From positions 1 to 56,251 of IMG/VR virus record IMGVR_UViG_3300047090_000093: 56,251 bases of DNA; one strand, 5' to 3'. Below the pieces are notes generated by a model. The model made no database searches. It was not told where the DNA came from and worked only from the letters and a program-made list of their open reading frames with translations. Source of the stretch: a virus. Lineage: Duplodnaviria > Caudoviricetes. The first letter of the stretch is position 1, and every line of letters starts with the position of its first letter. The translations under genes and the position numbers were made by a program. Of this stretch, positions 27,447 to 36,908 are shown in pieces.

Positions 27447-27682
27447 TCACCCCTCGGCCAATCAAACCCCTGGCATGATCGCACCATCACGACGGGCGCC
27501 ATGGGCTGTGGGTTGTCGGTGCAGGGCTCGGTGTGAACGCCCTGGCAGATATCTGGATGCGCCGCGATCATGGCGGCCACGAAGTCCTGATCTTCCGCGA
27601 TAGTCTTGGCGCGTTGCTGGGTGTAACTGAGATCGCTGTCGGGGAAGTCTTCGGTTGAAAGGCCGAGATGGATCACAGCCAT
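27443..27682 (-). CDS. hypothetical protein
   Basis: 79 aa from MAVIHLG, coupled to the next gene. Confidence 0.5.
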   Translation of the reverse strand: MAVIHLGLSTEDFPDSDLSYTQQRAKTIAEDQDFVAAMIAAHPDICQGVHTEPCTDNPQPMAPVVMVRSCQGFDWPRGD

Positions 27683-27785
27683 AGGATCACCCTGAGAAAA
27701 ACGTTGGCAGCGACAAACCAAAGAATGCAGATAAGCGCGAACGTGATTCCGAGCGCGATGTAAGGGGTGAATTCGCGTGGCATGG

Positions 27786-27974
27786 TCATGCCCCGAATTG
27801 CTTGGTGCTGACGTAGCCGGCCCAGCCGCGGCGGCGGGCCTCTGCCTCAAGGCGCGCATAACGATTATGATCGGCGGCGATGCGAGCGGCGCGTAAGGCG
27901 TCATTGAGAGCGTTATCATCCCACTTGTTGAGCGGAACGGCCCCGGCTGACTGAAAAGCTATGCGGTCGGTCAT
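27786..27974 (-). CDS. hypothetical protein
   Basis: 62 aa with GGGGAG SD. Confidence 0.55.
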   Translation of the reverse strand: MTDRIAFQSAGAVPLNKWDDNALNDALRAARIAADHNRYARLEAEARRRGWAGYVSTKQFGA

Positions 27975-28010
27975 TTGGTCAACTCCCCTTTGATCTGGAA
28001 TTTAGACATT

Positions 28011-28331
28011 CTATCGAACTGAATATTTCCCGGTGATTTGATAGAGATCGCGCGCGCGGTTCAGAAGCGCTGGAAACTCAAGCATGAGCCTATGTTCGAC
28101 ATAGAGCGCATGGTTGCGATGTTGGCACTTCGCCAGAACAATGAGTTGTGGCTCGAATCCCTGGCGGATGATTTGGTGACTGCGCTTGAATGCAGCGGAG
28201 CCAGGGTCATGGCGATGCGCCGGTAAGCGACGCTCCGGGGAAATGCTTGTGCCCACATAGAAGACCGTGCCCGACCTGGGATCAAAGATCCCGTAGACGA
28301 AGCAAGGGCCGTCGTTTTTGAGATTGGTCAT
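28011..28331 (-). CDS. GIY-YIG nuclease-family protein
   Basis: FVYGIFDP...FYVGTS..RRL..H..E...LLN. Confidence 0.75.
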   Translation of the reverse strand: MTNLKNDGPCFVYGIFDPRSGTVFYVGTSISPERRLPAHRHDPGSAAFKRSHQIIRQGFEPQLIVLAKCQHRNHALYVEHRLMLEFPALLNRARDLYQITGKYSVR

Positions 28332-28355
28332 GCTGTCCTCTCAAATCGTGAGGGC

Positions 28356-28408
28356 AGCCTACTTCACTGTTTGTGAAGACGTCAAGCTTAAAAATCACAC
28401 TTTGTGAA
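28356..28408 (-). promoter_or_regulatory. PL-like promoter with two operators
   Basis: TTGACG-N18-TAGGCT (minus); operators TTCAC-TGTTT-GTGAA at 28363-77 and ATCAC-ACTTT-GTGAA at 28394-408. Confidence 0.7.
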
Positions 28409-28727
28409 TTTTCTTTCTTCGCTGCTTGGGCGCACTCTTATCAACAGTTGATGCTGCAATGCGTGCGTTCTTTATTTGTTTCATTTTTCCGAGGAGTTCA
28501 GACGGAATCTCGGTCGTAGCCACTCCGCGGTAAATCCAATCGAGTGTCAATCCGAAGTTGTCAATGAGTTCATGAGCTATCCGCATGGAAATCTTACGCT
28601 TTCCATTCTGGAATTGTGACCATTCGTTCGGCTTGCAGTCAATGATATTGCATAATTCGGCAGCCGAAATGCCTTTGGCAAGAAGCCAAACCTCAAGTCT
28701 CTCCCCGATTATTTTCTTCGAGTCCAT
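28395..28727 (-). CDS. cI: CI-like XRE HTH repressor (no peptidase domain)
   Basis: IGERL..GISAAELC..WSQFQNGKR..LTLDWIYRG; divergent from cro. Confidence 0.8.
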   Translation of the reverse strand: MDSKKIIGERLEVWLLAKGISAAELCNIIDCKPNEWSQFQNGKRKISMRIAHELIDNFGLTLDWIYRGVATTEIPSELLGKMKQIKNARIAASTVDKSAPKQRRKKIHKV

Positions 28728-28762
28728 GCTCTTATTGATGCGCATCCGAAGACGCGCGTCCA

Positions 28763-28810
28763 TTCCAAGAACGTGAACCCTTGACATGTTCACTATTAGT
28801 GAACTATCGT
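28763..28810 (+). promoter_or_regulatory. PR-like promoter with operator
   Basis: TTGACA(28781)-N18-TATCGT; TTCAC-TATTA-GTGAA at 28789-803 in the spacer; degenerate site at 28763-77. Confidence 0.7.
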
Positions 28811-28815
28811 AGGAA

Positions 28816-29034
28816 ATGCTCATGTCAGTCGACGACGTGGTTGAGGCACTTGGCGGAACGACTGCCGTTGCAGCCCTTGCTGGGGTTGGCATTTCGGCCG
28901 TCAGCAACTGGAAATTTCGCGGCGCAATTCCTTCGGAGAACTTCATGATGGTTTCGCAGGAACTGCGCAAGCGACGGATGAGTGCGAGTCCGGCGGTCTT
29001 CGGCTTCAAGTTTAAGGAAGGGGCAGGTGAATGA
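28816..29034 (+). CDS. cro: Cro-like HTH protein
   Basis: VVEALGGTTAVAALAGVGISAVSNWKFRGAIP. Confidence 0.85.
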   Translation: MLMSVDDVVEALGGTTAVAALAGVGISAVSNWKFRGAIPSENFMMVSQELRKRRMSASPAVFGFKFKEGAGE

Positions 29035-29410
29035 TCGAAAACGTAAGTCCTCAAAACATAACCGGCAATGCCGGTAGAAATGCTTGTCAATTTCACGACT
29101 ATGCCACGCGTTCGGGGTCTGATGTGCGGCCGTTTCTGGATGTCGATTTTCTTCGGCTGCCACAAAAAAATGGCCGCCCTGCGACAACTTGTCAATACGC
29201 ATACGCATCCACCGCCTCCCTTCTTATGGGGGGATTGACTCCAAAAATGAGTCAGCAGTTTGACCGATTTCCCTCATCGATCGTCGCGCTTGTCGGCACA
29301 TTCACCAGAAAGGCAAGGCGCCGCAACGATCCCCGCCGCCGGGCCGTCACCGCTCTTTACCGCGCACACCGCAGGGAAACTTCGGCCAAGCAGCGAAGGA
29401 GATCGTTCTG

Positions 29411-29998
29411 ATGGCAAAACCGATTCTTTGTCTCGATTTTGATGGTGTAATTCACAGCTATTCGAGCGGTTGGAAGGGCGCCGACGTAATCCCCGATCCG
29501 CCGGTCTCGGGTGCCGCTGCTTTTATGGAGAAGGCACTCGACCATTTCCGGGTCTGCATCTTTTCAAGTCGAAGCAATCAGCCCGGCGGCCTGAAGGCCA
29601 TGCAAAATTGGATGGCTAAATGGATGCCAAGCGAAACTGTCCCACATTGGGCGCACGGCCTGGAATGGCCGCTTGAGAAGCCCGCCGCCTTCCTGACCAT
29701 CGACGATCGCGCCATCACATTCGATGGCACATGGCCGGAGATTGAAGACCTCAAGGCTTTCCAGCCCTGGAATAAGCGCCCATTCGGGGCAACAGGCGAC
29801 TTTCCGCAAGGCAAGCTCAACGATCATGACGAAGGCGGCCTTCGAATAGGCGTCGCCTATGACAAGCTCGATGGCATTGTTCGCGTCGAGTTTGCAAAGC
29901 CTGTTGCGTGGCTCGGATTGCCGACGCCAGAAGCCATTGAGCTTGCGAATCTCCTATTGCGCCACGCGGGAGCGAAGAAAGTTGAAATCGAGATTTAA
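29411..29998 (+). CDS. HAD-superfamily-like protein with C-terminal extension
   Basis: LCLDFDGVIHSY, SSR, KP...IDDRA motifs. Confidence 0.75.
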   Translation: MAKPILCLDFDGVIHSYSSGWKGADVIPDPPVSGAAAFMEKALDHFRVCIFSSRSNQPGGLKAMQNWMAKWMPSETVPHWAHGLEWPLEKPAAFLTIDDRAITFDGTWPEIEDLKAFQPWNKRPFGATGDFPQGKLNDHDEGGLRIGVAYDKLDGIVRVEFAKPVAWLGLPTPEAIELANLLLRHAGAKKVEIEI

Positions 29999-30018
29999 CT
30001 TGATGCTGGAGAGATGTC

Positions 30019-30195
30019 ATGAAAGCACCGCGAGCGCTCATAAAAAGTTCGACGTGGCTTCTGTCCGACGACGCCGCCTATCTCGACAACATGGCCGATG
30101 AGGGCGGCTATCCAAGCCGTTCCGCCCTGATCCGCTCGCTGCTGCGGGCGATCATCGAGGATGATCGGAAGGCGCATTCGGAGCGGGCGGCATGA
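30019..30195 (+). CDS. small RHH-like DNA-binding protein
   Basis: YLDNMADEGGYPSRSALIRSLL, GGAG SD. Confidence 0.55.
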   Translation: MKAPRALIKSSTWLLSDDAAYLDNMADEGGYPSRSALIRSLLRAIIEDDRKAHSERAA

Positions 30196-30389
30196 TCGAT
30201 TACCTCGATCTCACCCACATCCGCGGCATCCACAAGTTCGTCCCGATCCCGGACGCAGAGGATCATTTGCGCGTCGGATGGATGGCGGTACTAACCGGAG
30301 AGCCGCATCCGGTGATGGTTAATTACCGAGTGCATATGGTCTGGTGCTGCAAGTGCGAGATGGTGATTCCGTGGAGGGTGGCCGCATGA
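30192..30389 (+). CDS. hypothetical protein
   Basis: 65 aa with ATGA overlaps at both ends. Confidence 0.6.
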   Translation: MIDYLDLTHIRGIHKFVPIPDAEDHLRVGWMAVLTGEPHPVMVNYRVHMVWCCKCEMVIPWRVAA

Positions 30390-31651
30390 CCGACCATCTC
30401 CCCGCTGTCCGCCGTCTCCGTGATGAGAAAGGTTGGGGTTGCCGCCAGATCGGTGCCGAACTCGGCATCGGCAAGGACGCGGCGCTGCGGCTGTTAAACA
30501 AACTTAAACTGGAGGATGCGAAGCGTTCCCCGATTTCCGTCGTTCCAGGCTCACTTTCTGGCTCGATCCTCGCCCAATATGCTGCTGCCTGCCGGACCCT
30601 CGCCGAAGCCACGCGCGCCGATGAGGTCATCGGGGCACGAGAGGCGCTCGATCATGTCAAGCTTTATGGGCGCCAGGTCAAGGATCGCACCCTGGTTGCT
30701 GACGCGACGGCGTTCCAACTCCGCGCCGACCGCAAGCTTGGGGAGATGATCACAAGCGCCGAGGCAGACGGTTTGATCCGCGCCGGACGCCCTAAAAAAA
30801 ACCCTACCGAGTCGGAAGGGTTTACACTTGCCGAAGCGGGTGTCGATTACAAGACATCATCGCGCGCACAACGGGCGGCCTCCATATCGGAACGGGCTTT
30901 CGAGGCCATGGTGGAGGCTACGCGGGAACGCATCATTTCCGGTCGCGCAACCAAGATCAGCGGGGAGACCATTAACGGCGCCCGCTCCGTCATGGGCTCG
31001 CGTGTCGAGCCGGACGATAGCCTGGATTACTTTCCAACCCCGCCATGGGCAACGCGGGCATTGTGCGAGCATGTGCTGCCGCAAGTCGTGGTGGGATGGT
31101 TCGACGTTGACATACGTAAATCCTGCTGGGAGCCGGCCTGCGGCGAAGGCCATATGTCCAAGGTGCTCAAAGAGTATTTATGGAAAGTACAAGAAACAGA
31201 CGTTTTCGACTACGGGACGCACGGCGTTATTTATGATTTTCTTGATGAGGGCAATCCTCCGTTTACGTGCGACTGGATCATTACCAACCCTCCATTTGGT
31301 GATCGCACCATCCCCTTCATTCTCCGCGCCATCGATCTGGCCCGCGTCGGTGTGGCGATGTTCGTCCGCCTGCAAATCCTCGAAGGCCAAGAGCGCTATG
31401 AGAAGATATTCAATCTGCACCCCCCGACATTGGTCGCGTTCTTCTCCGAACGGGTCAACCTCTGCAAGGGCCGCTGGGACCCCGATGGCACCACAGCCAC
31501 GGCCTATGTCTGGCTGGTATGGATGCAGGATCGCGCTCCGATGGCGCCGTTCTGGATTCCGCCGGGACAAAAAATTGCGCTCACCAAGGCAGATGACCGG
31601 GCACGGTTTGCGGCATGGTCAATGCCTGACACTGCGGAGGCGGCGGAATGA
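30386..31651 (+). CDS. HTH-fused SAM-dependent DNA (adenine) methyltransferase
   Basis: DYFPTPPW, WEPACGEGHM, IITNPPF motifs; N-terminal HTH. Confidence 0.85.
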   Translation: MTDHLPAVRRLRDEKGWGCRQIGAELGIGKDAALRLLNKLKLEDAKRSPISVVPGSLSGSILAQYAAACRTLAEATRADEVIGAREALDHVKLYGRQVKDRTLVADATAFQLRADRKLGEMITSAEADGLIRAGRPKKNPTESEGFTLAEAGVDYKTSSRAQRAASISERAFEAMVEATRERIISGRATKISGETINGARSVMGSRVEPDDSLDYFPTPPWATRALCEHVLPQVVVGWFDVDIRKSCWEPACGEGHMSKVLKEYLWKVQETDVFDYGTHGVIYDFLDEGNPPFTCDWIITNPPFGDRTIPFILRAIDLARVGVAMFVRLQILEGQERYEKIFNLHPPTLVAFFSERVNLCKGRWDPDGTTATAYVWLVWMQDRAPMAPFWIPPGQKIALTKADDRARFAAWSMPDTAEAAE

Positions 31652-31932
31652 GAAAAGTTTCATGGGGCAACCACTGTGCCATAGGCCGTACCCGCAGCCC
31701 GGAAGCCATGGCCCGACGCAAAGAGCGTGAACGGGCATTGCGTCTCAAAGACAAAGAGGCCACCGCTGCTCTGCGTGCATCCGGAGTATTGGCCCCAGCC
31801 TATTCGCGAGCGCCCCCGGATCATGTCCTTGAGGAAGCCCGTTTCGCGATTGCCGCCGGTCCGCGTGACATAACGGCGGCTGCGTTCGGTGACCCACTCC
31901 CCGGCAGATCGGCATTGGATAGGAGAGCATGA
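31648..31932 (+). CDS. hypothetical protein
   Basis: C-terminal GDPLPGRSALD motif common in alphaproteobacterial phages. Confidence 0.6.
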   Translation: MRKVSWGNHCAIGRTRSPEAMARRKERERALRLKDKEATAALRASGVLAPAYSRAPPDHVLEEARFAIAAGPRDITAAAFGDPLPGRSALDRRA

Positions 31933-32101
31933 CCTCCCCCTGCCTCTGTCCTGTCTGTCGCATCAATAAACTCTATGAACTTTACGACCGTACCGCCATC
32001 GATCCTCCAGGCCCGTGGGTGAACGGACGATACATCGTGGTGGACTGGAATATGGCGAAGAACGTCCTCTTCCCGCAGAATTCATCAAGGCAACAATCTA
32101 A

Positions 32102-32932
32102 ATGAGCATCCAAGCCGTCGCCTGGGCGCTGGGCCAGAAGATTCCCGGCACCAACAAGCTAGTGCTGATCGCCCTCGCCAATTATGCCGACGAGGAAACA
32201 GGCCATTGCTGGCCCTCTGTCGAGAAGATCGCCCATCAGGCGTCATGCTCTCCGCGTTCAGTCCACAGCTACATCGGTGCCCTTCGGCGCAATGGCTTTC
32301 TCGACGTGCGCTCCGGGCGCAGTAAAGCTGGTAGGGTGCGCACCAATGACTATTGGCTGTTGATGGACCGTCCGCGATCCCCGTGGGATGCCACCAAGGG
32401 GATCAAATCAGACGATCAAGACCTCGACGAGGAAGAAACACCGCAGGTTGAGGAAACATCTGAAGACATATCTGCAAATCTTGCAGACTTTGCAGATGGG
32501 ATATCTGCAAACACGTTGCCGACTAACCATCACTGTTCTAACCATCAGGAGTCCTTCCCTGTTGAAGGGCGCAACGATCCGTCGCCGGAGGCGCGCTCAG
32601 AGCCGCGCCCCGTCGCCGTCGTCTCGCCTCCAGAAGCGCTAGCGCCTCCCGGCTTCGATCCCAAAGCACGGCAAGCAGCCCTTGAACGTCATCAGGCAGC
32701 CGAGGAAGCAAGATCGAAAAACAGGCGTGTTCCGGTCATCGAGGGCACCAAAGCCTGGGAAGCACATGTCCAAGCAGGTCATCCGCGCACCCTTGTCGGG
32801 ATCGTTCTCGTGGACGGCAAGCCCCGTCGTGGCTGGGAGTTTCGAACGCTGTTCCCGCCCAAATCCACCGGCCCCCCTCCCAATCCCCTGATGACGGAAG
32901 CCGACGAAGCGGAACTCGCACGAGGGATTTGA
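32102..32932 (+). CDS. HTH replication initiator-like protein
   Basis: MSIQAVAWAL..KLVLIALANYADE..CWPS (HTH_36-type); internal iteron-like repeats. Confidence 0.8.
   Translation: MSIQAVAWALGQKIPGTNKLVLIALANYADEETGHCWPSVEKIAHQASCSPRSVHSYIGALRRNGFLDVRSGRSKAGRVRTNDYWLLMDRPRSPWDATKGIKSDDQDLDEEETPQVEETSEDISANLADFADGISANTLPTNHHCSNHQESFPVEGRNDPSPEARSEPRPVAVVSPPEALAPPGFDPKARQAALERHQAAEEARSKNRRVPVIEGTKAWEAHVQAGHPRTLVGIVLVDGKPRRGWEFRTLFPPKSTGPPPNPLMTEADEAELARGI
32468..32511. repeat. iteron-like repeats, candidate origin
   Basis: ATATCTGCAAA at 32468 and 32501, with inverted TTGCAGA/TTTGCAGAT between them. Confidence 0.5.
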
Positions 32933-32936
32933 TTTC

Positions 32937-33131
32937 ATGAAACGCAAGCCGATCTATCAAAAGGACCACGATAAATTCAGAATTTGCTCTCTGCCCAATG
33001 GCTGGTGGCAACTTCAAGGATGTTTCGGCAAGGGAACGCGTGAACACGATGGTTGGCAGGGTCTAGCCCGCCCTGCCGATTTTGAGACAGCGCGGTCACA
33101 ATTGGAAACACAATCTGGGCCAGCCAAATGA
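32937..33131 (+). CDS. hypothetical protein
   Basis: 64 aa, coupled to nusG. Confidence 0.55.
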   Translation: MKRKPIYQKDHDKFRICSLPNGWWQLQGCFGKGTREHDGWQGLARPADFETARSQLETQSGPAK

Positions 33132-33622
33132 GCGACTATTGGCTCGGCATCTACACCAAACCCCAGGCGGAAGGTCGGGCCGAGTTGGGCATCAAGGCCG
33201 CAAGAATCCCCGTATTCTGCCCATGGGTGCGAACACGGGTCGCCCAAAGAAACGGCGATCGATATGTGATCATCAAGCCGCTGTTCGAGCGCTATGTCTT
33301 CGCTCAGTGCGATGCCGGCCGCATCGATCGCCTATTGGAAATCGATGGTGTCGAGACTGTCTTGCGGTGCGGTCGCGGCAAGGTGTCCCGGATTCCCGCG
33401 GTCCTCATCGATACCTTTCAACGGGCCGAAGGCTGCGGCGTCTTCGACCGAGCGGATGCCGTCTTCCGTGAAGGCGATACGGTGAAGATCATCGGCGGCC
33501 CCTATGCCGGCTTGATCGCCAAGGTGCGCAGCGCGAAAGTGAAAAGACGCGTCAGTCTTCTGATCGATTTCGTTCACAAAATGACAATTTCGGTGGATAG
33601 CCTGGAGATGGTGAGCGCGTGA
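33128..33622 (+). CDS. nusG: NusG/RfaH-family antiterminator
   Basis: NGN domain (W..YTKPQAE, PLFERYVF) plus KOW (FREGDTVKIIGGPYAG). Confidence 0.88.
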   Translation: MSDYWLGIYTKPQAEGRAELGIKAARIPVFCPWVRTRVAQRNGDRYVIIKPLFERYVFAQCDAGRIDRLLEIDGVETVLRCGRGKVSRIPAVLIDTFQRAEGCGVFDRADAVFREGDTVKIIGGPYAGLIAKVRSAKVKRRVSLLIDFVHKMTISVDSLEMVSA

Positions 33623-34725
33623 GCATCCGCATCATCAATGGCGACTGCCGGGACGTGCTGGCTACCCTCCCGCCAGACAGCGTGCATTGCTGCGTAACCT
33701 CGCCGCCGTATTGGGGCTTGCGGGATTATGGCACGGCTAAGTGGGAAGGTGGTGTTCTAGGGTGCGATCATCAGGAAAGCGCGCCATCTCGCACCGCCGC
33801 GAGCATCGCATCATCCAGTCTCGACGGCGGAAAGGGCAGCGTTCACCTAAGTCACCAGTTTAAGGGCGATTGCCTGCGCTGCGGTGCCCGACGCATCGAC
33901 TCCCAGATCGGCCTCGAATCCACCTATCAGGAATACGTCGAGCAGATGGTGGCCGTGTTCCGCGAGGTGCGGCGGGTCATGAGACGGGACGGCACATGCT
34001 GGCTCAATCTGGGCGACTCCTATGCCGCGTCGCGTTCGTACCAAGTCACCGACAACATGAATCCCGCAGTCGGCCCTACGCGCCACCTAGGCCGCGCTGT
34101 GCCGCCCGCCGGGCTCAAGCAAAAGGATTTAGTGGGCATCCCCTGGCGCGTCGCCTTCGCGCTCCAGGACGATGGGTGGTATCTGAGACAAGACCTGATC
34201 TGGTCAAAACCCAACCCGATGCCGGAGAGCGTCACGGATCGATGCACGAAGGCGCACGAGTATCTGTTTCTGCTGACCAAGAGCGCAAGATACTACTACG
34301 ATGCGGAGGCGATCAAGGAAGGCGCTAGCGCGAACACGCACGCTCGCGGCTCGGGTATCGGTATCAAGAACGCCACGGTCGACCGATCGAGCAACATCCT
34401 ACATAACAGCGACTATGCGTCAAAAATCAATGGCTATGTGGATCGCCGCAACAAGCGATCCGTCTGGGAAGTCGCCACACAGCCCTTTAGTGAAGCCCAC
34501 TTCGCCACCTTCCCGCCAGCCCTGATAGAGCCATGTATCCTCGCGGGGTGCCCGAAGGGAGGGACGGTCCTTGATCCCTTCGGTGGCGCCGGCACCACCG
34601 GCCTCGTCGCCGATCGGCTCCAGCGTTCTGCCATCCTGATCGAACTCAATCCCGAATATGCCGCAATGGCGCAGCGCCGCATCTATGGCGATTCCCCTCT
34701 TTTTACACAGACTGCCGCAGAATAG
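33619..34725 (+). CDS. beta-class N4-C/N6-A DNA methyltransferase
   Basis: VTSPPY, HFATFP, VLDPFGGAGTT. Confidence 0.92.
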   Translation: MSIRIINGDCRDVLATLPPDSVHCCVTSPPYWGLRDYGTAKWEGGVLGCDHQESAPSRTAASIASSSLDGGKGSVHLSHQFKGDCLRCGARRIDSQIGLESTYQEYVEQMVAVFREVRRVMRRDGTCWLNLGDSYAASRSYQVTDNMNPAVGPTRHLGRAVPPAGLKQKDLVGIPWRVAFALQDDGWYLRQDLIWSKPNPMPESVTDRCTKAHEYLFLLTKSARYYYDAEAIKEGASANTHARGSGIGIKNATVDRSSNILHNSDYASKINGYVDRRNKRSVWEVATQPFSEAHFATFPPALIEPCILAGCPKGGTVLDPFGGAGTTGLVADRLQRSAILIELNPEYAAMAQRRIYGDSPLFTQTAAE

Positions 34726-35089
34726 ACGTGCGTTCCATGGCTGCCCCCTTGCAATCCGTCTAAATAGGCGTAGAGAGGGAACCAGCGCATTCTTGTTCCG
34801 TGCCATTGGGTTGGGCAAAATGCGCTGCGGTCATGACTAGGATCGCAAGGCCCTTGGAAGGCCAAATGGCCTCGGGGCTGATAAAGATTCGAGATTTGCG
34901 CACCGGCCGGGACGATCACCCTGGCCTCCGCCAACAAGCGATCGGATGTGATGGCCCGGTCGGGGCGCACCAAGTTTGGCCGGTGAGTGCTGTTCTGGGA
35001 AGGCAGATAAGTTCCGCTTCGGCGGTAAAATTGCCCCCGTAACCAATCGGGCCCGGCCGCCAATTAAGGAATCCATAGGAATCATTCCC

Positions 35090-35626
35090 TTGTCCGAGTC
35101 CGAGGTTGTAGAAGCTCCGGGTTGTAAGCCGCTGCGGATTGCATCGCATGAGCGGTATGCCCGCGCGCGCGCCGAAATGCACACCGCCGTAGAGGCGGCC
35201 CGGATCGCCGGATATGCCGACAAAAGCGGCGCCATCACGAAAGTAGAGCGGCGCCGCGATGTCCGGGAGCGGATTGAATACCTGACGGGCCAGCCCGAAG
35301 AAACGATCAAGGCCAAGCGGCTTGCGCTAGAAGCCTGGCTGTGGCGCGTGCTCCGCTACGATCCCATGATTTTTTGGGACGGTTCCCGGTTGAGGGAATG
35401 GGACCAGATTGACCCCGAAGACCGCACCATGATCGAGGGGCTGATGTTCACCGAAAAGGGCAAGCCGAATCTAAGGGTCGTCTCCCGGCTCGCTGCCCAC
35501 ATCGAACTCCGCAAAATGCTCGGCGGGGATGCGCCGCAGAAAGTGGCCCAGACCGATCCGAGCGGCGAGCACGCGGCCCCGTTGGCTCCGGTGATCAATC
35601 TCAGCGGGCGGCCGGAGGCGGCTTAA
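35090..35626 (+). CDS. terS: terminase small subunit (probable)
   Basis: HERYAR..AARIAGY..VRERIEYL N-terminus; first gene of the late region; TTG start after AGGA. Confidence 0.65.
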   Translation: MSESEVVEAPGCKPLRIASHERYARARAEMHTAVEAARIAGYADKSGAITKVERRRDVRERIEYLTGQPEETIKAKRLALEAWLWRVLRYDPMIFWDGSRLREWDQIDPEDRTMIEGLMFTEKGKPNLRVVSRLAAHIELRKMLGGDAPQKVAQTDPSGEHAAPLAPVINLSGRPEAA

Positions 35627-35805
35627 ACTTCAGTCCGATCGAGCGCGACCAGCGCCCGCACAAGCTTTGCAACGATATCAGGAATGTCCGCGTCGCCCTG
35701 CGCATACCGAATGGACTGGCGACGCGAGATTCCCAGCACTGGACCGGCGGCATAAGGAGTAAGGCCCAGCTTGTGGAGTTGGGCCGTGTATTGGGCGGGG
35801 GTCAT
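35623..35805 (-). CDS. small HTH protein
   Basis: MTPAQY..LGLT..AAGPVLGISRRQSIRYAQG. Confidence 0.7.
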   Translation of the reverse strand: MTPAQYTAQLHKLGLTPYAAGPVLGISRRQSIRYAQGDADIPDIVAKLVRALVALDRTEV

Positions 35806-35814
35806 GGCGGCCCC

Positions 35815-36123
35815 TCAGTTGCAGGTGAAAGAGCCGATGCCGTGATTCTTGCCGCCGCACGAGCACTCGCAATTCATTGTGCGGCCCTTGGCGAACATGC
35901 AACGCGCGTCGCATTGGTGCTTTGAAGGATTGGACTTGTAGAACACCGACCGTTCCACCGGAACCGCATCGCGCCAAGCCGCGCCAGCGGCAACGCCAAC
36001 CATCATCGAAAAGCTGTCAACGCGCTTTCCCTTGACGCCAGGAAACTTGACCGCGAATTCCTTATTGTTCATCGTGGAAATTGCGATCAGTTGAGTGTCG
36101 CCGTTGAAGTGCTTCATTGCCAT
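35815..36123 (-). CDS. Cys/His-rich hypothetical protein
   Basis: HQCDARC..A.G..CECSCGGKNHG; GGGGAG SD; own TTGACA promoter at 36174-79. Confidence 0.7.
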   Translation of the reverse strand: MAMKHFNGDTQLIAISTMNNKEFAVKFPGVKGKRVDSFSMMVGVAAGAAWRDAVPVERSVFYKSNPSKHQCDARCMFAKGRTMNCECSCGGKNHGIGSFTCN

Positions 36124-36197
36124 TTCCGTCTCCCCGTGGCTCGATGATTGATAGTGTCACAGCGTCACCGTGATGTCAACAGGTCATCAAAAAATAA

Positions 36198-36908
36198 ATG
36201 AGCACCGGCCATCTTCACGGCGAGGAGAAAAAATCCGACGCAGAGCTGCACAAGATGCTCGGCGAAGGAGACACGCCTGATCTTTACGGCCGCAAGGTCA
36301 AGCTCGATACGTCGCACGACATTCCCTACGCGGGCGGCATCAGCGTTGACGGCAAAACTGTCTACATCGATCGGACGCTGTACTTAGATATGATATATGG
36401 CAGGCTTGGCGTTCGTGGTATGAGCGGACGCGATCTTAGGCAGGCATGGATTGAGCACGAACACACCGAATGGGCGATCGACGCAGGCGATAACCCCGTT
36501 GACACCTATCCCGCCGCCCATGCGTTTGCGACAGCAAGCGAGCATCATCACGTGATGGTCTTCGGCGTCAACCCCGAGCGCTACGAAGAGGCCATCCGCC
36601 CGGCGCTCGAGCGGTGCCTCAAGCGTGATCCCGAGAACCCGCCCCATGACCTATGGTGCGGTCCCTATCTCGACGATCCAACGCCACGGGACAGAGAACT
36701 GCTGCGGATATTCCGCGCTAAGGGCGTGGTCGACGCCTTCAAGGCGAGCAAGATCACCGCGGTCTACGGAATCGGTGATCGGGAATGCAAGGACTGCCGA
36801 TATTTCGGCGGGGGCGAGTTGTCGTCATGCGAGAAGGTCTGCGGACTCGTGAGGGCGAATCGTCATTGTAAATGGTGGACGGAAAAGCGCTCGTCCCGTG
36901 CGAGCTAG
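36198..36908 (+). CDS. hypothetical protein with HExxE motif and C-terminal HiPIP-like Cys cluster
   Basis: EHEHTE; CKDCRYF..CEKVCGLV....CKWW. Confidence 0.75.
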   Translation: MSTGHLHGEEKKSDAELHKMLGEGDTPDLYGRKVKLDTSHDIPYAGGISVDGKTVYIDRTLYLDMIYGRLGVRGMSGRDLRQAWIEHEHTEWAIDAGDNPVDTYPAAHAFATASEHHHVMVFGVNPERYEEAIRPALERCLKRDPENPPHDLWCGPYLDDPTPRDRELLRIFRAKGVVDAFKASKITAVYGIGDRECKDCRYFGGGELSSCEKVCGLVRANRHCKWWTEKRSSRAS

